A stretch of 64,000 nt of DNA from an uncultured Bacillota bacterium (lineage in GTDB: Bacteria > Bacillota > Clostridia > Christensenellales > Pumilibacteraceae). The stretch lies in assembly GCA_949294845.1 (NCBI GenBank), contig CASFJH010000047.1:8712-72711 (forward strand), given 5' to 3'. Positions 1 to 9,831 of the stretch are shown here, one piece after another. Under the pieces are notes generated by a model. It made no database searches and was not told the DNA's origin. It saw only the letters and a list, made by a program, of their open reading frames with translations. Position numbers and translations under genes: made by a program. The stretch's first letter is position 1. Every line of letters starts with the position of its first letter.

Positions 1-3000
1 CGTTACCGATACGGCGCTTCCTCCGGCATTGTAAATCCAGAACGGCAGACTGGTTAACGCTCCTCCGAGATACATATCCGGCTTGAAGATAAACTCTACC
101 TTGCCTTCTCCGTAAGCGTGTATGGCCTTTCCGCTCATTCCGCCGCTTATCTCGGCTTTTCCGTTGTTAATCTCTATATATTCGGCGGTATATAGCTCTT
201 CATACAGAGTGTCCAAATGGTTTCCGCCTTCGCCTACGACATACTGATTGACCTTTGTCGTTCCGTCTTCGTTGGTCGCGGAATATTCTATCCTGTAGGA
301 TACCGCTGAAATTACATCGAAGTTGACGGGGCTGTTATCTTTAATGAGCGTTTCGGCTCCGTCTGCAAAACGAATGTCGCAGGCCACCTGATACACCTTC
401 CATGTAACGCTTTCCCCGTCTTTGGTCGTGGGCGCTGTTATCGTGTAATTGGCCGCTCCTGCCGAACCCGTATTTACAAACACAAATTTTTCGTATTCGT
501 TAAATACCGGTACGTTCGCTATGCTCGTTACTTCAAGCTCGTATGTCGACGTTCCGTAAGGGTTGGTCGCCGAGTATTCTATGGTATATACGCCGCCCGA
601 CGTCGGAGTAAACGTCTCGGGACTGCCGTCGGCAAACACCGTACCTTCGGGCGAGAGCACCTTCCAGCTCACCGCGCTGCCGTCAACCGCTGTTACCGCG
701 GGTACGATATATTCGGTATTCACGTCCGTCTCGGCAGTTATATCCGACGGAACGTTGAACGCCACGGCGTCGTCCGTATGCACGGTCAACAGATCGGCGT
801 AAATATCAATCGTCGCTCCGTCAAACGACAGCGAGAGAGTATCGAACATATTGTCGCTTGTCACGACTCCCCATACCTTGAGATACTCAGTTACGGGCAG
901 ATCGACGCGATACCAGATACCCGGTTCTATTACATAAGGAGTGCTCCAAGCCTTTGAACCGGCAACGGTCATATTAACCGCTCCGTCTCCGGCATTGTAA
1001 ATCCAGAACGGCATACTGGAAAGACCTGCGCTCAGATAAATATCGGGCGCGAAAATTACGTCAGCTTTCTGCGTACCGGTGACGTGAATTGCTTTACCGG
1101 TTATTCCTCCGCCTATATCAGCCTGTCCGCCGCTTGCGGTTATGCTGTCCGAAACGAAACCGTCGGGCTGGGCCTGTTCCAGACGTGTGCCGCTTTCAAC
1201 GGCCAACCTCTGCGATTTAACTACTGTCGCGACCGAATTGGCCGAGGTGTAAACTATTTCGTAAGTATATCCGGCGTCGGCGGTAAACGATTCGGGGCTG
1301 TTTTCGGCAACGACCATGCGCAATTTATCGCCGTATAAAAGATTGCTGAAAATGCGGTAGACCGTCCATGATACTTCCGTAGCGTTATTGAGCGAAGGGG
1401 TTTCAATATAATATACTCCTGCGTCTATGCGCAAATCGTCGGCGCCGTCAAGTATTATTTCGGGTACTGCGCCGAACAGTACGCTGATCTCTCTCGTCGT
1501 CTCGCCGTAAACGTTTGAAGCGTAATAGACGATTTTGTATTCGCCGGGTTCGTCGGGAGTAAACGACGCTACGTTATCGGCGTATTTGGTCCAACCGTCT
1601 CCGGCTTTTTTGTAAACCTCATGCGAAACGGCCGCTCCGCCGGAAGCCTGTGCGTCGGGTACGGTAAATTCAGTCAGTTCAACGCTGTGTTCCTCGTATT
1701 GTCCGACGGTGATCGACGGGCCGCTCTGTTTGGGCGACAGCGTAAAGAAGCCGATGTACGCCTCGATCTGTCCGCTTCCCGATACCGAAAAGCTGACCTT
1801 TTCAAGAACATTCGTCTCATTATTAACGCAGCCCCAATCGCCATACCAGCTTACCGGCAAGTCGAAACGCAGCCAGCTGTTCGCCTTAAGCGAGTAAGTA
1901 GTGGCTTTTCCGAACGTAAATGTGAGATCGGTATCGCCGGGGTTGAATATTGCAAAGCCAAAATTCTGCGCCGTACCGATATCCGTGTTGAAAGTGATTT
2001 CCGACGCAGCCGTGCCGTCGCCGTAAAGCCGATACGCCTTGCTGTCGCCCAGCAGATACGCCTTGCGGTTACTTACCGAAGCGGAGCCGAGCGTCGCTTT
2101 GATATTGTCAGCCGAATACAGCTCGGGATACGCCGCTTCAAGCCGCGTATAAGAATCCGCGCCTATGACAAGTATGTTAAGACAGGCAGTGCGGGAAGAA
2201 TCTGAATTGACCGCCGTATATTCTATCTGGAAGAATCCGCCGTCGGCATTAAACTGCGCGTCGTTATCGGAACCGACCTGCGAGCGCACGCCGTCTGTCA
2301 TACGGTAAATCTTCCAGCTCAGAACGCCTTCATTGGCTACCTGAGGCTCGGGCACGGTAAACGTTCCGGCGCTGACGATAACGTTGTAATCGTCAAGCGT
2401 GATGGTCGGAGGAGTTCCGGAATAAATCTCCAGCCTCAGCTCAGACGCGCCGTTGCTGTTTGAGGCAGTATATACGATTGTATACGTTCCTTTTACCTCT
2501 GCGGTAAATCCGGCGGCATTATCGGCGCCTACCTGATTGCCCGAAGGATCGAATATCTGCCATTTGTCCAGCTCGCCCTTTTCAACTGTCGGCTGCGGAA
2601 CGGTATATGTATCGCCGAGATTGACTTCAGAGGAATATTCGTCTTCAATGCTTATGAGCGGTTTGGACTGATCCGATTTGTTTGCAAAGAAATTATCGAA
2701 ATAGAACGTTATGGGCTCGTCCTTACTGTTGTTGGTGGTAATAAGATTGAAGTTTTTAAAGTCGTAAATATCGTATTTGTAATGATCCGTTTCCTCGTTG
2801 AAGCCAGGCAGATTCATCATATCTTCGTCTTTGAAATCTTTAAGCTGCTCGATGGTGAACTCAAAACGCGTCCACGCATTGGCTTTCGCCACGCCTATCG
2901 GTTTGAAAGCGAAAGTTATGAACTGGTAATCTTCGTCGTTGTCGTTGTAAATATCGAAACTGATCGAATAATATGACGATATGTCGCTGATCGGCGTAGA

Positions 3001-3834
3001 ACGCATTATAAAGCCGGGAGTAGTGCTGCCGCCGCCAGTAGCCGGAGCGGTGAACTTGAAAGAGCCTGTGCCCTGCGAAACATACTGCGGATCGGTGTTG
3101 TGAGTAAGCTCGGAAGGAGAATAAATATAATTTATTATGCCCCACGCGCTGAGGTATTCGGCGCGGTCGGCGGATTCGAGCTCATCCTGTTCGCGTATCT
3201 TTACGTCCGTAGGGATAGCTTCGGCAGTTGTATGAGCTACGAAATTATCCATATACAAGACGCGGTCCGGTTGATTTTTTTCAGTTGCGTTATCGAACGC
3301 GAACAGCAGTCTGGTAATATTTTTGATGTCGATGAGCTGGTTCAGAAAACCGCGGTCAAACGCGATTTCCACCGCGTTTGCGCCTGGCTGCAGAACGATC
3401 TTCTGTTCGCTGGAATACTGCAAGGTATTCTGATCGTTGAGTATGGCGAACTGAAAATACATATTTAACGCTGTCGACTGTGCGTTATATACGTCAACCG
3501 ACATTCCCGTCGTATCTGTGTAATCCTGCTTGTTGAGCCACGCCGTATCGGTATAAATAGTCATAGTGGGTCTTGCCGCGGCTCCTGCGGTATAATCTCC
3601 GCTGACAGTCAGCTTGGCCGCATAATTCCCCTCCGTGACATATTCGTCATCCGTCACAAGATCAGCTTTGCCGAACATATTCTGCCAGTTCATCGACAAA
3701 AGCTCGTCGTAGGATTCAAATCCCGAAAGCAGAACCGTCGATTGAGAACCGCCCTTCTTGCCGCACCCGACCGCGCAAACGGCGGTCAGGCACAGTATAA
3801 GAACAGAAACAAAACATAATAGCTTCTTTTTCAT
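1..3834 (-). CDS. Giant modular cell-surface lipoprotein, incomplete (its C-terminus lies beyond the left window edge). Beta-sandwich/CBM-like modules alternate with Ig-like domains.
   Basis: Absent from the supplied ORF track because the frame has no stop inside the window. I read the reverse frame as open for all 1278 codons, from ATG 3834..3832 (AAGGGGGG SD upstream) to position 1. The N-terminus MKKKLLCFVSVLILCLTAVCAVGCGKKGG is a signal peptide plus lipobox Cys. The motif (L/M)PFWIYNAG recurs, as do Ig-like segments ending Y-x-I-x-Y-x-A-x-N-x-x-G. It starts 14 nt after the stop of the upstream DUF4091 gene. Confidence 0.8.
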   Translation of the reverse strand, partial: MKKKLLCFVSVLILCLTAVCAVGCGKKGGSQSTVLLSGFESYDELLSMNWQNMFGKADLVTDDEYVTEGNYAAKLTVSGDYTAGAAARPTMTIYTDTAWLNKQDYTDTTGMSVDVYNAQSTALNMYFQFAILNDQNTLQYSSEQKIVLQPGANAVEIAFDRGFLNQLIDIKNITRLLFAFDNATEKNQPDRVLYMDNFVAHTTAEAIPTDVKIREQDELESADRAEYLSAWGIINYIYSPSELTHNTDPQYVSQGTGSFKFTAPATGGGSTTPGFIMRSTPISDISSYYSISFDIYNDNDEDYQFITFAFKPIGVAKANAWTRFEFTIEQLKDFKDEDMMNLPGFNEETDHYKYDIYDFKNFNLITTNNSKDEPITFYFDNFFANKSDQSKPLISIEDEYSSEVNLGDTYTVPQPTVEKGELDKWQIFDPSGNQVGADNAAGFTAEVKGTYTIVYTASNSNGASELRLEIYSGTPPTITLDDYNVIVSAGTFTVPEPQVANEGVLSWKIYRMTDGVRSQVGSDNDAQFNADGGFFQIEYTAVNSDSSRTACLNILVIGADSYTRLEAAYPELYSADNIKATLGSASVSNRKAYLLGDSKAYRLYGDGTAASEITFNTDIGTAQNFGFAIFNPGDTDLTFTFGKATTYSLKANSWLRFDLPVSWYGDWGCVNNETNVLEKVSFSVSGSGQIEAYIGFFTLSPKQSGPSITVGQYEEHSVELTEFTVPDAQASGGAAVSHEVYKKAGDGWTKYADNVASFTPDEPGEYKIVYYASNVYGETTREISVLFGAVPEIILDGADDLRIDAGVYYIETPSLNNATEVSWTVYRIFSNLLYGDKLRMVVAENSPESFTADAGYTYEIVYTSANSVATVVKSQRLAVESGTRLEQAQPDGFVSDSITASGGQADIGGGITGKAIHVTGTQKADVIFAPDIYLSAGLSSMPFWIYNAGDGAVNMTVAGSKAWSTPYVIEPGIWYRVDLPVTEYLKVWGVVTSDNMFDTLSLSFDGATIDIYADLLTVHTDDAVAFNVPSDITAETDVNTEYIVPAVTAVDGSAVSWKVLSPEGTVFADGSPETFTPTSGGVYTIEYSATNPYGTSTYELEVTSIANVPVFNEYEKFVFVNTGSAGAANYTITAPTTKDGESVTWKVYQVACDIRFADGAETLIKDNSPVNFDVISAVSYRIEYSATNEDGTTKVNQYVVGEGGNHLDTLYEELYTAEYIEINNGKAEISGGMSGKAIHAYGEGKVEFIFKPDMYLGGALTSLPFWIYNAGGSAVSVT

Positions 3835-3847
3835 ATTCCCCCCTTTG

Positions 3848-6391
3848 TCAGCCTTTATAGCTGCAGATGAAGTTATCGAGATAGACCGTCAGAGTCGTTT
3901 CGTCTTCGCGCGGGAAGCGCAGTGACAACGCGTCTGCCGAATCGAGCATATCGGTGCTGCCCACCTTCCAGTCGATTTCGTAAACTTTCGACAGCGTTAT
4001 ATGATTCCACCCGGGTTTGACTTCTGCCGACATAACGCGTTTCGAACGTGTACCAGACTGCAGATATACAAGAAGAGTTATCGTCTCGTCTGAATCGCTG
4101 TAAATGTCGAACTCTATCGTATCAAGATTGCTCAGTTTTTCATCCTTCCACAATGCTGACGCCGCGGCGGTAAGCGACGGCTGATAATTCGCGTTTTCGT
4201 AATCGTCGCCGCGATAAGGAGCGATAACCGCCTTAAGCGAATAATCGCCGTCGGTGACCTGTTCGCTGCTTCTGGTGACTGTGATATGCTCTTTGTCATA
4301 TCCGTCCTCAACTGCGTCGCTGCCCACAGAAGGTACCCAGGCGGATACCTCGCCGTCCGTCTCCATGCTGGTCAGACTGCTGACGCGGTTGGTAATGAAT
4401 TTTTCAACGGTAACGGTTTCTCCGCCGTTAGTGAAGGAAGCGCTGAAATAGTTCGCCGCCTCGTCGAGCGCAAGCTCGTAGCTGAATTTAAGTCCCGAAC
4501 CTGACTGAGCGCCGTTAATCGCGGTTCCCTCCACTTCAAGCGTCGTCCCCGCCGCGGCATATACGGTAATATAAGCTTTCTCGGTTGCGGGATCGATGCG
4601 GTCGAGCAGAATGATCGCATGGCTGCTGCTGTTAAGAAGCTCTATAAGCGCAGCAACCTCACGGCGGGCGTCGCGCAGCTTGCTTACGTCGGTATCGGCA
4701 ATTGTGCCGTAGTATATGGAGTCATAAAGCTCGCTGAGAATCTGATCTATATCGAAGCCTTCTGCCCTGAATTCTTCGGCGTACTGTCCGGCAAGAGTTT
4801 CGAGCATAAGCAGATATTCGTAGTCTTCCATGCCGTCGCGTATAGCCTCGAGACGTATGCTGGGAACAGGTCCGTCTATACCGTAACGCTTACCGGGATA
4901 TACGAGGAATCCGTCGCCCATTGCGCTGATAAACGCTTCGGGATCGTTATAAGGATCGCGCGGGTAGCGGTTCTGCGCGTCGTTTACGTTGACGTAAACC
5001 GCAGTACCCCAATAAAGAACGCCGTTTACGCCGTAATCGCGCTGCATCCAGCTTAGCGCCCGAGCGGTGATCAGATTTGCGTCAAGGTGATAATTGGGAT
5101 AAGGCGAGTAAGGATAGCAGGCGGTGTACCACCACGTCGTGCCGCCCCCGCCGTAGGCTTCGTACGCCTTTTGCCTGTAAAGCTCGCGCCGTCCTTCGGT
5201 ATCGAGCTCGTTTACGAGCGGACAGAACGTGCGTACGCCTTCCATTTCGGAATAATAAGGAGCGGTGACAACGTGCTCGACGTAACGGATCTGATCGGCT
5301 GTGACGCCGTATGCCGCCAGCTGATCCTCGCTGTACGAGTCGGCAATCTCAGCCAGCTTATCGACCATTTTTTCGTTATTGTATTTGGTTTCGGCCATAC
5401 GGTTAGAGCCTTCCGTATGCGGCTCGTCCAGAGCGTGCCAATATATATAAAGCTTCTCGATAAGATTGACCTCCGGCGTGGAATTTTCGACTAACGCGCG
5501 GATATAATCTTCAAAACGGTCAATATCCACCTTCGGTCCGCTCTTATTTATTTCGGGAATGTACTCTGAAGTGCCGGTTATGTACAGATTATACGCAGAG
5601 CAGCGCGGATCGGCCGCATATTTTTTAGCCGCTTCCACATAAGCGTCAATATCGTCCTCGAATACCGGAAGCTGATCGGTGCTTACTCTGTAATCGAGCA
5701 GAAAATCGGTGTATTTCTCGTACATTTCCATGCTGTTGTCAAGCTCGCCGTTTATCAGGTATTCGCGGAAATTATAGAAAGAGCTCTTTACATGGTTTTC
5801 TTCGGGTACTGCAAAATTCCATACCGTTACCGATGCGGAAACGGGATAAGTCTTGCCGTCCACCGTCAGCGTGAACGTACCTGTATAAAGTCCGGCGGGA
5901 GTTTCGGCCGAAGTTTTTATCTTAACCCATACGCTCTGATTCTCTCCGGCGGATACCGTCGTTTCTCCGTATTCTGCGGCCGTTTCCATCGGAAGCAATG
6001 CGTCCGGATACCAGCCGGTAGGCATTCCTGCCGAAGACGAAGACGACTTGGTCACTTCGATATATTTCTGATGATATACCGTCATCATGCCGGTATCGAT
6101 CCTGTTGCCTTCCGCCGAAGTAAGGTCGGCTACGGTGAAATCATACGAAGAAACGTCCTTGTCGGGTACAAAAACCAATTGCGCGCTTTCATACTCGTTT
6201 TTCGCCATTTCAAACGTCATCGTGCTCGATTCGGTCATCGGATCGGCTTCACGCATGACTTTAACAGTGTTCGGCGCTTCGTATATCAGCACCGAATTGC
6301 TTCCGCCGTTGCTCTTTTCGCCGCAGGCAGTCACGCCGAAAGCCATTACGAACGCGAGCGCGGCGACGACAATCCTTCTGAATTTTTTCAT
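3848..6391 (-). CDS. DUF4091-domain lipoprotein, putative glycoside hydrolase (the domain type found in GH123 beta-N-acetylgalactosaminidases)
   Basis: ORF 3848..6445. I prefer the start at MKKFRRIVVAALAFVMAFGVTACGE (ATG 6391, GGAGG upstream), which gives a lipoprotein signal. DUF4091-like motifs: WWYTACYPYSPYPNYHLD, ALSWMQRDYGVNGVLYWG, GDGFLVYPG, PSIRLEAIRDGMEDYEYL. Confidence 0.7.
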   Translation of the reverse strand: MKKFRRIVVAALAFVMAFGVTACGEKSNGGSNSVLIYEAPNTVKVMREADPMTESSTMTFEMAKNEYESAQLVFVPDKDVSSYDFTVADLTSAEGNRIDTGMMTVYHQKYIEVTKSSSSSAGMPTGWYPDALLPMETAAEYGETTVSAGENQSVWVKIKTSAETPAGLYTGTFTLTVDGKTYPVSASVTVWNFAVPEENHVKSSFYNFREYLINGELDNSMEMYEKYTDFLLDYRVSTDQLPVFEDDIDAYVEAAKKYAADPRCSAYNLYITGTSEYIPEINKSGPKVDIDRFEDYIRALVENSTPEVNLIEKLYIYWHALDEPHTEGSNRMAETKYNNEKMVDKLAEIADSYSEDQLAAYGVTADQIRYVEHVVTAPYYSEMEGVRTFCPLVNELDTEGRRELYRQKAYEAYGGGGTTWWYTACYPYSPYPNYHLDANLITARALSWMQRDYGVNGVLYWGTAVYVNVNDAQNRYPRDPYNDPEAFISAMGDGFLVYPGKRYGIDGPVPSIRLEAIRDGMEDYEYLLMLETLAGQYAEEFRAEGFDIDQILSELYDSIYYGTIADTDVSKLRDARREVAALIELLNSSSHAIILLDRIDPATEKAYITVYAAAGTTLEVEGTAINGAQSGSGLKFSYELALDEAANYFSASFTNGGETVTVEKFITNRVSSLTSMETDGEVSAWVPSVGSDAVEDGYDKEHITVTRSSEQVTDGDYSLKAVIAPYRGDDYENANYQPSLTAAASALWKDEKLSNLDTIEFDIYSDSDETITLLVYLQSGTRSKRVMSAEVKPGWNHITLSKVYEIDWKVGSTDMLDSADALSLRFPREDETTLTVYLDNFICSYKG

Positions 6392-6405
6392 TCTGTTTTC
6401 CTCCG

Positions 6406-7959
6406 TTAAGCGCTTACGCCTGCCAGATCGCACAGCGTGCTCCATCTTGCAAATACGCTCTCGTATTCGTTTTTCCAGAAAGTTTCCGCGTCCATCTTAT
6501 CCGGAGAGCCGGTTGCCGCGCCTAACGCAAGCTGCGGAGTGTTGATGTTGAATTCGAGATCGGTCTTGTAGAAGATGGGGTTTTTGGAATCGGCTATGGA
6601 AAGATACGTTACGTTTTTGATAATTTCGGCCTTGTCTTTCTGGAAGGTCGTCTGCTCGTCTTTGAGCACAACGTTGCTGTTGTCGTACATAAGGAAGGAC
6701 GCCGTATTGTCGTAATATATCTGCGCCGCCTCATTAGTGCTCATAAATTTCAGAAATTCCTTCGCGCCTTCCTTTGCGTTGGCGTATACCGGAATCGTAG
6801 CGACGTGCTCAAACCCGGAATTGTAGGAATAGCTGCGTATCTTCGTCAGCTCGGCAAAGTCCTCGGCGTCTATTCCTTCCGGACAGCCGGTTCCGTCGTC
6901 AATTGCAGTTATGACGTTGCGAAGAGTCTGTTCGTCGCGTATCGTTTTGAAGCGCCAGCCAAGCGAATTTCCGGCTGGCTCCTTGAGTATGGAGCTGAGT
7001 ACCGGCGGACGCATAAGTCCGACGTCGACTTCGCCCGGCTCGTAGGACGATTTCTTCATTTCCACTTCAAGCCAACCGCCGGTAGGCATCATAACGACCT
7101 TCTCTTTGTCGTTGTACAGCGTCATCTGCGCGTCGGTGTGAATGTACGACAAGCTTTTGGTATGACTGTTAGACGTGTCGTATATCATATCCTCGAGAGC
7201 GTTGAACGCTTCGAGCCGGCCGTACTGCCTGAACGCTTCGGCCGAGAATTCGCCGTCGGAATCTATGCAGTTCCAGAACTCCTCCATCCCGAGCTCGCCG
7301 ACATACTGCGCCCACCAGGGCAATACCGCATAATCCCAGTATCCGATGCGTCCGGGCCATACGAAGGGCGTATACCCTGCCGTCTTGATCTTGCCGATCA
7401 GCCCGACCATTTCGTCCGTAGTGCGCGGTACGGTCCATCCGTTCTGCTCGAAATAATCGGCGCGGTAAGCAATGCCGTTAGGATCGGACGTCCACGGAAA
7501 AGCGTAATACTTACCGTTGAACTCGAAACGTTTCAAATAACTGTCGTTCATTTTGTCGCGTATTTTAACGCCGTCGGTTTCCTCGTCCAGAAGATCGGAA
7601 AGATCTTCCAGAGCGCAGTCGTAACCTTTGATATAGCGGTCGCCGCGATCGACAATATTCATATAGTTAAGCTCGGCGCTTAAAAACAGATCGGTCGGGT
7701 TCACGCTCGGACCGGATTGAAGCTTGGCTTCGGTCTGCTGAGCAAGAAGCTGCGAATTCGCTATGATATGCACCGTATAATTATCGTATTTCGCCTCGAA
7801 AGCGTCGGCTATCTTGCGAAAAACATCGGTACCGTAACCGCCGTCGAATATTTCGATAATAATATCGGTTTCGGTATCGGGCAACGCCTCGCTTCCGCAT
7901 CCTGTCAACGGAACGACGGCAAAAACAAACGCCAGAATAAATGTTACAATCTTTTTCAT
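6406..7959 (-). CDS. ABC transporter extracellular solute-binding lipoprotein (large sugar/oligosaccharide SBP)
   Basis: 517 aa. MKKIVTFILAFVFAVVPLTGCGSE has a lipobox. Its size and position directly downstream of two sugar permease genes fit an SBP. Confidence 0.8.
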   Translation of the reverse strand: MKKIVTFILAFVFAVVPLTGCGSEALPDTETDIIIEIFDGGYGTDVFRKIADAFEAKYDNYTVHIIANSQLLAQQTEAKLQSGPSVNPTDLFLSAELNYMNIVDRGDRYIKGYDCALEDLSDLLDEETDGVKIRDKMNDSYLKRFEFNGKYYAFPWTSDPNGIAYRADYFEQNGWTVPRTTDEMVGLIGKIKTAGYTPFVWPGRIGYWDYAVLPWWAQYVGELGMEEFWNCIDSDGEFSAEAFRQYGRLEAFNALEDMIYDTSNSHTKSLSYIHTDAQMTLYNDKEKVVMMPTGGWLEVEMKKSSYEPGEVDVGLMRPPVLSSILKEPAGNSLGWRFKTIRDEQTLRNVITAIDDGTGCPEGIDAEDFAELTKIRSYSYNSGFEHVATIPVYANAKEGAKEFLKFMSTNEAAQIYYDNTASFLMYDNSNVVLKDEQTTFQKDKAEIIKNVTYLSIADSKNPIFYKTDLEFNINTPQLALGAATGSPDKMDAETFWKNEYESVFARWSTLCDLAGVSA

Positions 7960-7988
7960 CGCATCCTCCTGCTACTTGAATTTTTAAT

Positions 7989-8903
7989 TTAACCTTTCAG
8001 TCCGCCGGCAACGGTGTTTGACATTATTACGTCCTGAAAAGCGATAAAAAGCGCAAGCACCGGCAGCATCGAGATAAGCACGCCGGCAAAATACAACGGC
8101 TCGTTGTTGGACTGAGTAGACACCTGTTTGAACAGAAACAGCCCCGTAGGAACGGTCGGATAATCGGGCAGATACAGAAGCGGAGTCATATAATCGTTCC
8201 ACACTCCCACGCAGGCGATTATGAACAGCGAGAAAAACGCCGGACGCGCCTGCGGCATCATTATTTTCAGGAAAACCTGCCAGTTGGACGCGCCGTCGAT
8301 AAATCCCGCTTCCGCATAACTCCACGCAACGTTTTTGAAGAATCCGTACATGACGATAAAGTTAAAGCCTATGCCGCCGGTAGCCGTTACCAGATATAAC
8401 GGCGAGTTGTATATATGGAGATTATGTATAAGTCTGTAGTAAGCAGGCATAGAGCCTACAATGGGGATTATCATGACGAAAATGCTTACGCCGTATATTA
8501 CCTGTCTGCCGGGAAAGCGGTACTTTGCGAGCGCGTATGCCACCATTGTGGACGACGATATTCCGAGAAAGGACGTTCCGACGGTAAACCATACGCTGTT
8601 GAAGAACATCGCTCCGAGATTCGTATAATATAGCGGATTTGATTTCGGAACTTTAAGAAACGAGAAAACCGTTATGTAATTTGAAAACAGCCAGTCCTTA
8701 GGCAGAGAAAACGAATTGTCGAAATACTCCTTATTCGTTTTGAGCGAATTGAGAAAAGCCCATACAAACGGGTAAATCAACGATACTGCGTAAATAAAGA
8801 AGAACACGCAGACTATCGCGAGAATTAATTTTTCGAAACGGCTCTTTGCGAAGTTACGGTGGCGTTTAGCTTTGATTACAGGTACGACTGAAGGATTGTT
8901 CAT
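7989..8903 (-). CDS. Carbohydrate ABC transporter permease (MalG/LplC-like)
   Basis: Six-TM permease ORF. Preferred start MNNPSVVPVIKAKRH at 8903, preceded by GAGGAGG. The track ORF extends to 8960, which would overlap the upstream permease. Confidence 0.8.
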   Translation of the reverse strand: MNNPSVVPVIKAKRHRNFAKSRFEKLILAIVCVFFFIYAVSLIYPFVWAFLNSLKTNKEYFDNSFSLPKDWLFSNYITVFSFLKVPKSNPLYYTNLGAMFFNSVWFTVGTSFLGISSSTMVAYALAKYRFPGRQVIYGVSIFVMIIPIVGSMPAYYRLIHNLHIYNSPLYLVTATGGIGFNFIVMYGFFKNVAWSYAEAGFIDGASNWQVFLKIMMPQARPAFFSLFIIACVGVWNDYMTPLLYLPDYPTVPTGLFLFKQVSTQSNNEPLYFAGVLISMLPVLALFIAFQDVIMSNTVAGGLKG

Positions 8904-8913
8904 CTTTGCCTCC

Positions 8914-9810
8914 TCAATATTCGACGTCCGTTCCGATATGGTCGAGCAGCCAACGCACAAACAGCACTATAGGCAGCCCGAACAGCGTGAACACCAGACC
9001 GACGGCCGACGCATATTCGTATGACGCCGTAACGGTCTGCTCGTAAATCCAGTATGAAATCGTGTAGGTATTGAATTCGCCTTCGGTAAACAGCAGTATC
9101 GGCCCGCTGGCGGTAAAGATGCTCACGCACGCCAGCAGTAACACAGTGGAAAGAGTCGGCCATATCAGAGGTATGACTATCTGGAACAGCTCCCTGAAAA
9201 AGCCTACGCCTTCGAGATGTCCGTATTCGACTATTTCCTGAGGAATACGCGCCATTGCGCCGTTAAAGAGTATCATATTGACGCCGAAACCTGTCCATAA
9301 TCCGTAAAAAACTATCGACCACAAAGCGTAGCGGCTGTCAGCCAGAAGCGCGGGCGGTTCCTCCATGCCGCACATCTGAAGAAATTCTACAACCGGTCCC
9401 ATGAGCAGGTATCTGTAAAGACTGGTCAGCACGACCGCGGATATTATTGAAGGTAAAAAGAAGATCACTCTGTAAAACTTGTACAGGAAAACTTTTTTAT
9501 ACAGAAAATAGGAAAAAAGCAACGAAAGAGGAAACTGTATGAGTATGCTGGATCCGAAAAAGATCAGAGTGTTTTTGGTCGCCTGCGCCATTACGGAGCC
9601 GGCAGTCCCGAGCTCGCGGAAAAACAGACTGAAATTATTAAGCGACCAGTTGCCGTTTGCGTCTTTGAACGCCAGCATTATAGACGAAATATTAACGACT
9701 ATCCAGAATATGACGAAATTTACAACGGCTACCACAAGAAGACTTGCGACAAAACCGTAACTGTTTAATTTTCTTCTGTTTAATCCGCTTTTAGCGACGG
9801 CATGCAACAT
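8914..9810 (-). CDS. Sugar ABC transporter permease (MalF/LplB-like)
   Basis: 298-aa polytopic membrane ORF with typical binding-protein-dependent permease organisation. It is the first gene of the transporter block. Confidence 0.8.
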   Translation of the reverse strand: MLHAVAKSGLNRRKLNSYGFVASLLVVAVVNFVIFWIVVNISSIMLAFKDANGNWSLNNFSLFFRELGTAGSVMAQATKNTLIFFGSSILIQFPLSLLFSYFLYKKVFLYKFYRVIFFLPSIISAVVLTSLYRYLLMGPVVEFLQMCGMEEPPALLADSRYALWSIVFYGLWTGFGVNMILFNGAMARIPQEIVEYGHLEGVGFFRELFQIVIPLIWPTLSTVLLLACVSIFTASGPILLFTEGEFNTYTISYWIYEQTVTASYEYASAVGLVFTLFGLPIVLFVRWLLDHIGTDVEY

Positions 9811-9831
9811 ATTATCTCCTTCGGGTTAAAT

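Noticed and set aside
563-3468. Short track ORFs (563..802, 1084..1338, 1621..2205, 2782..2976, 2861..3145, 3100..3468) in the leftmost 3.8 kb.
   Set aside because: All lie inside or opposite the continuous 1278-codon minus-strand lipoprotein frame. That frame has a proper SD, a signal peptide and a repeated domain structure.
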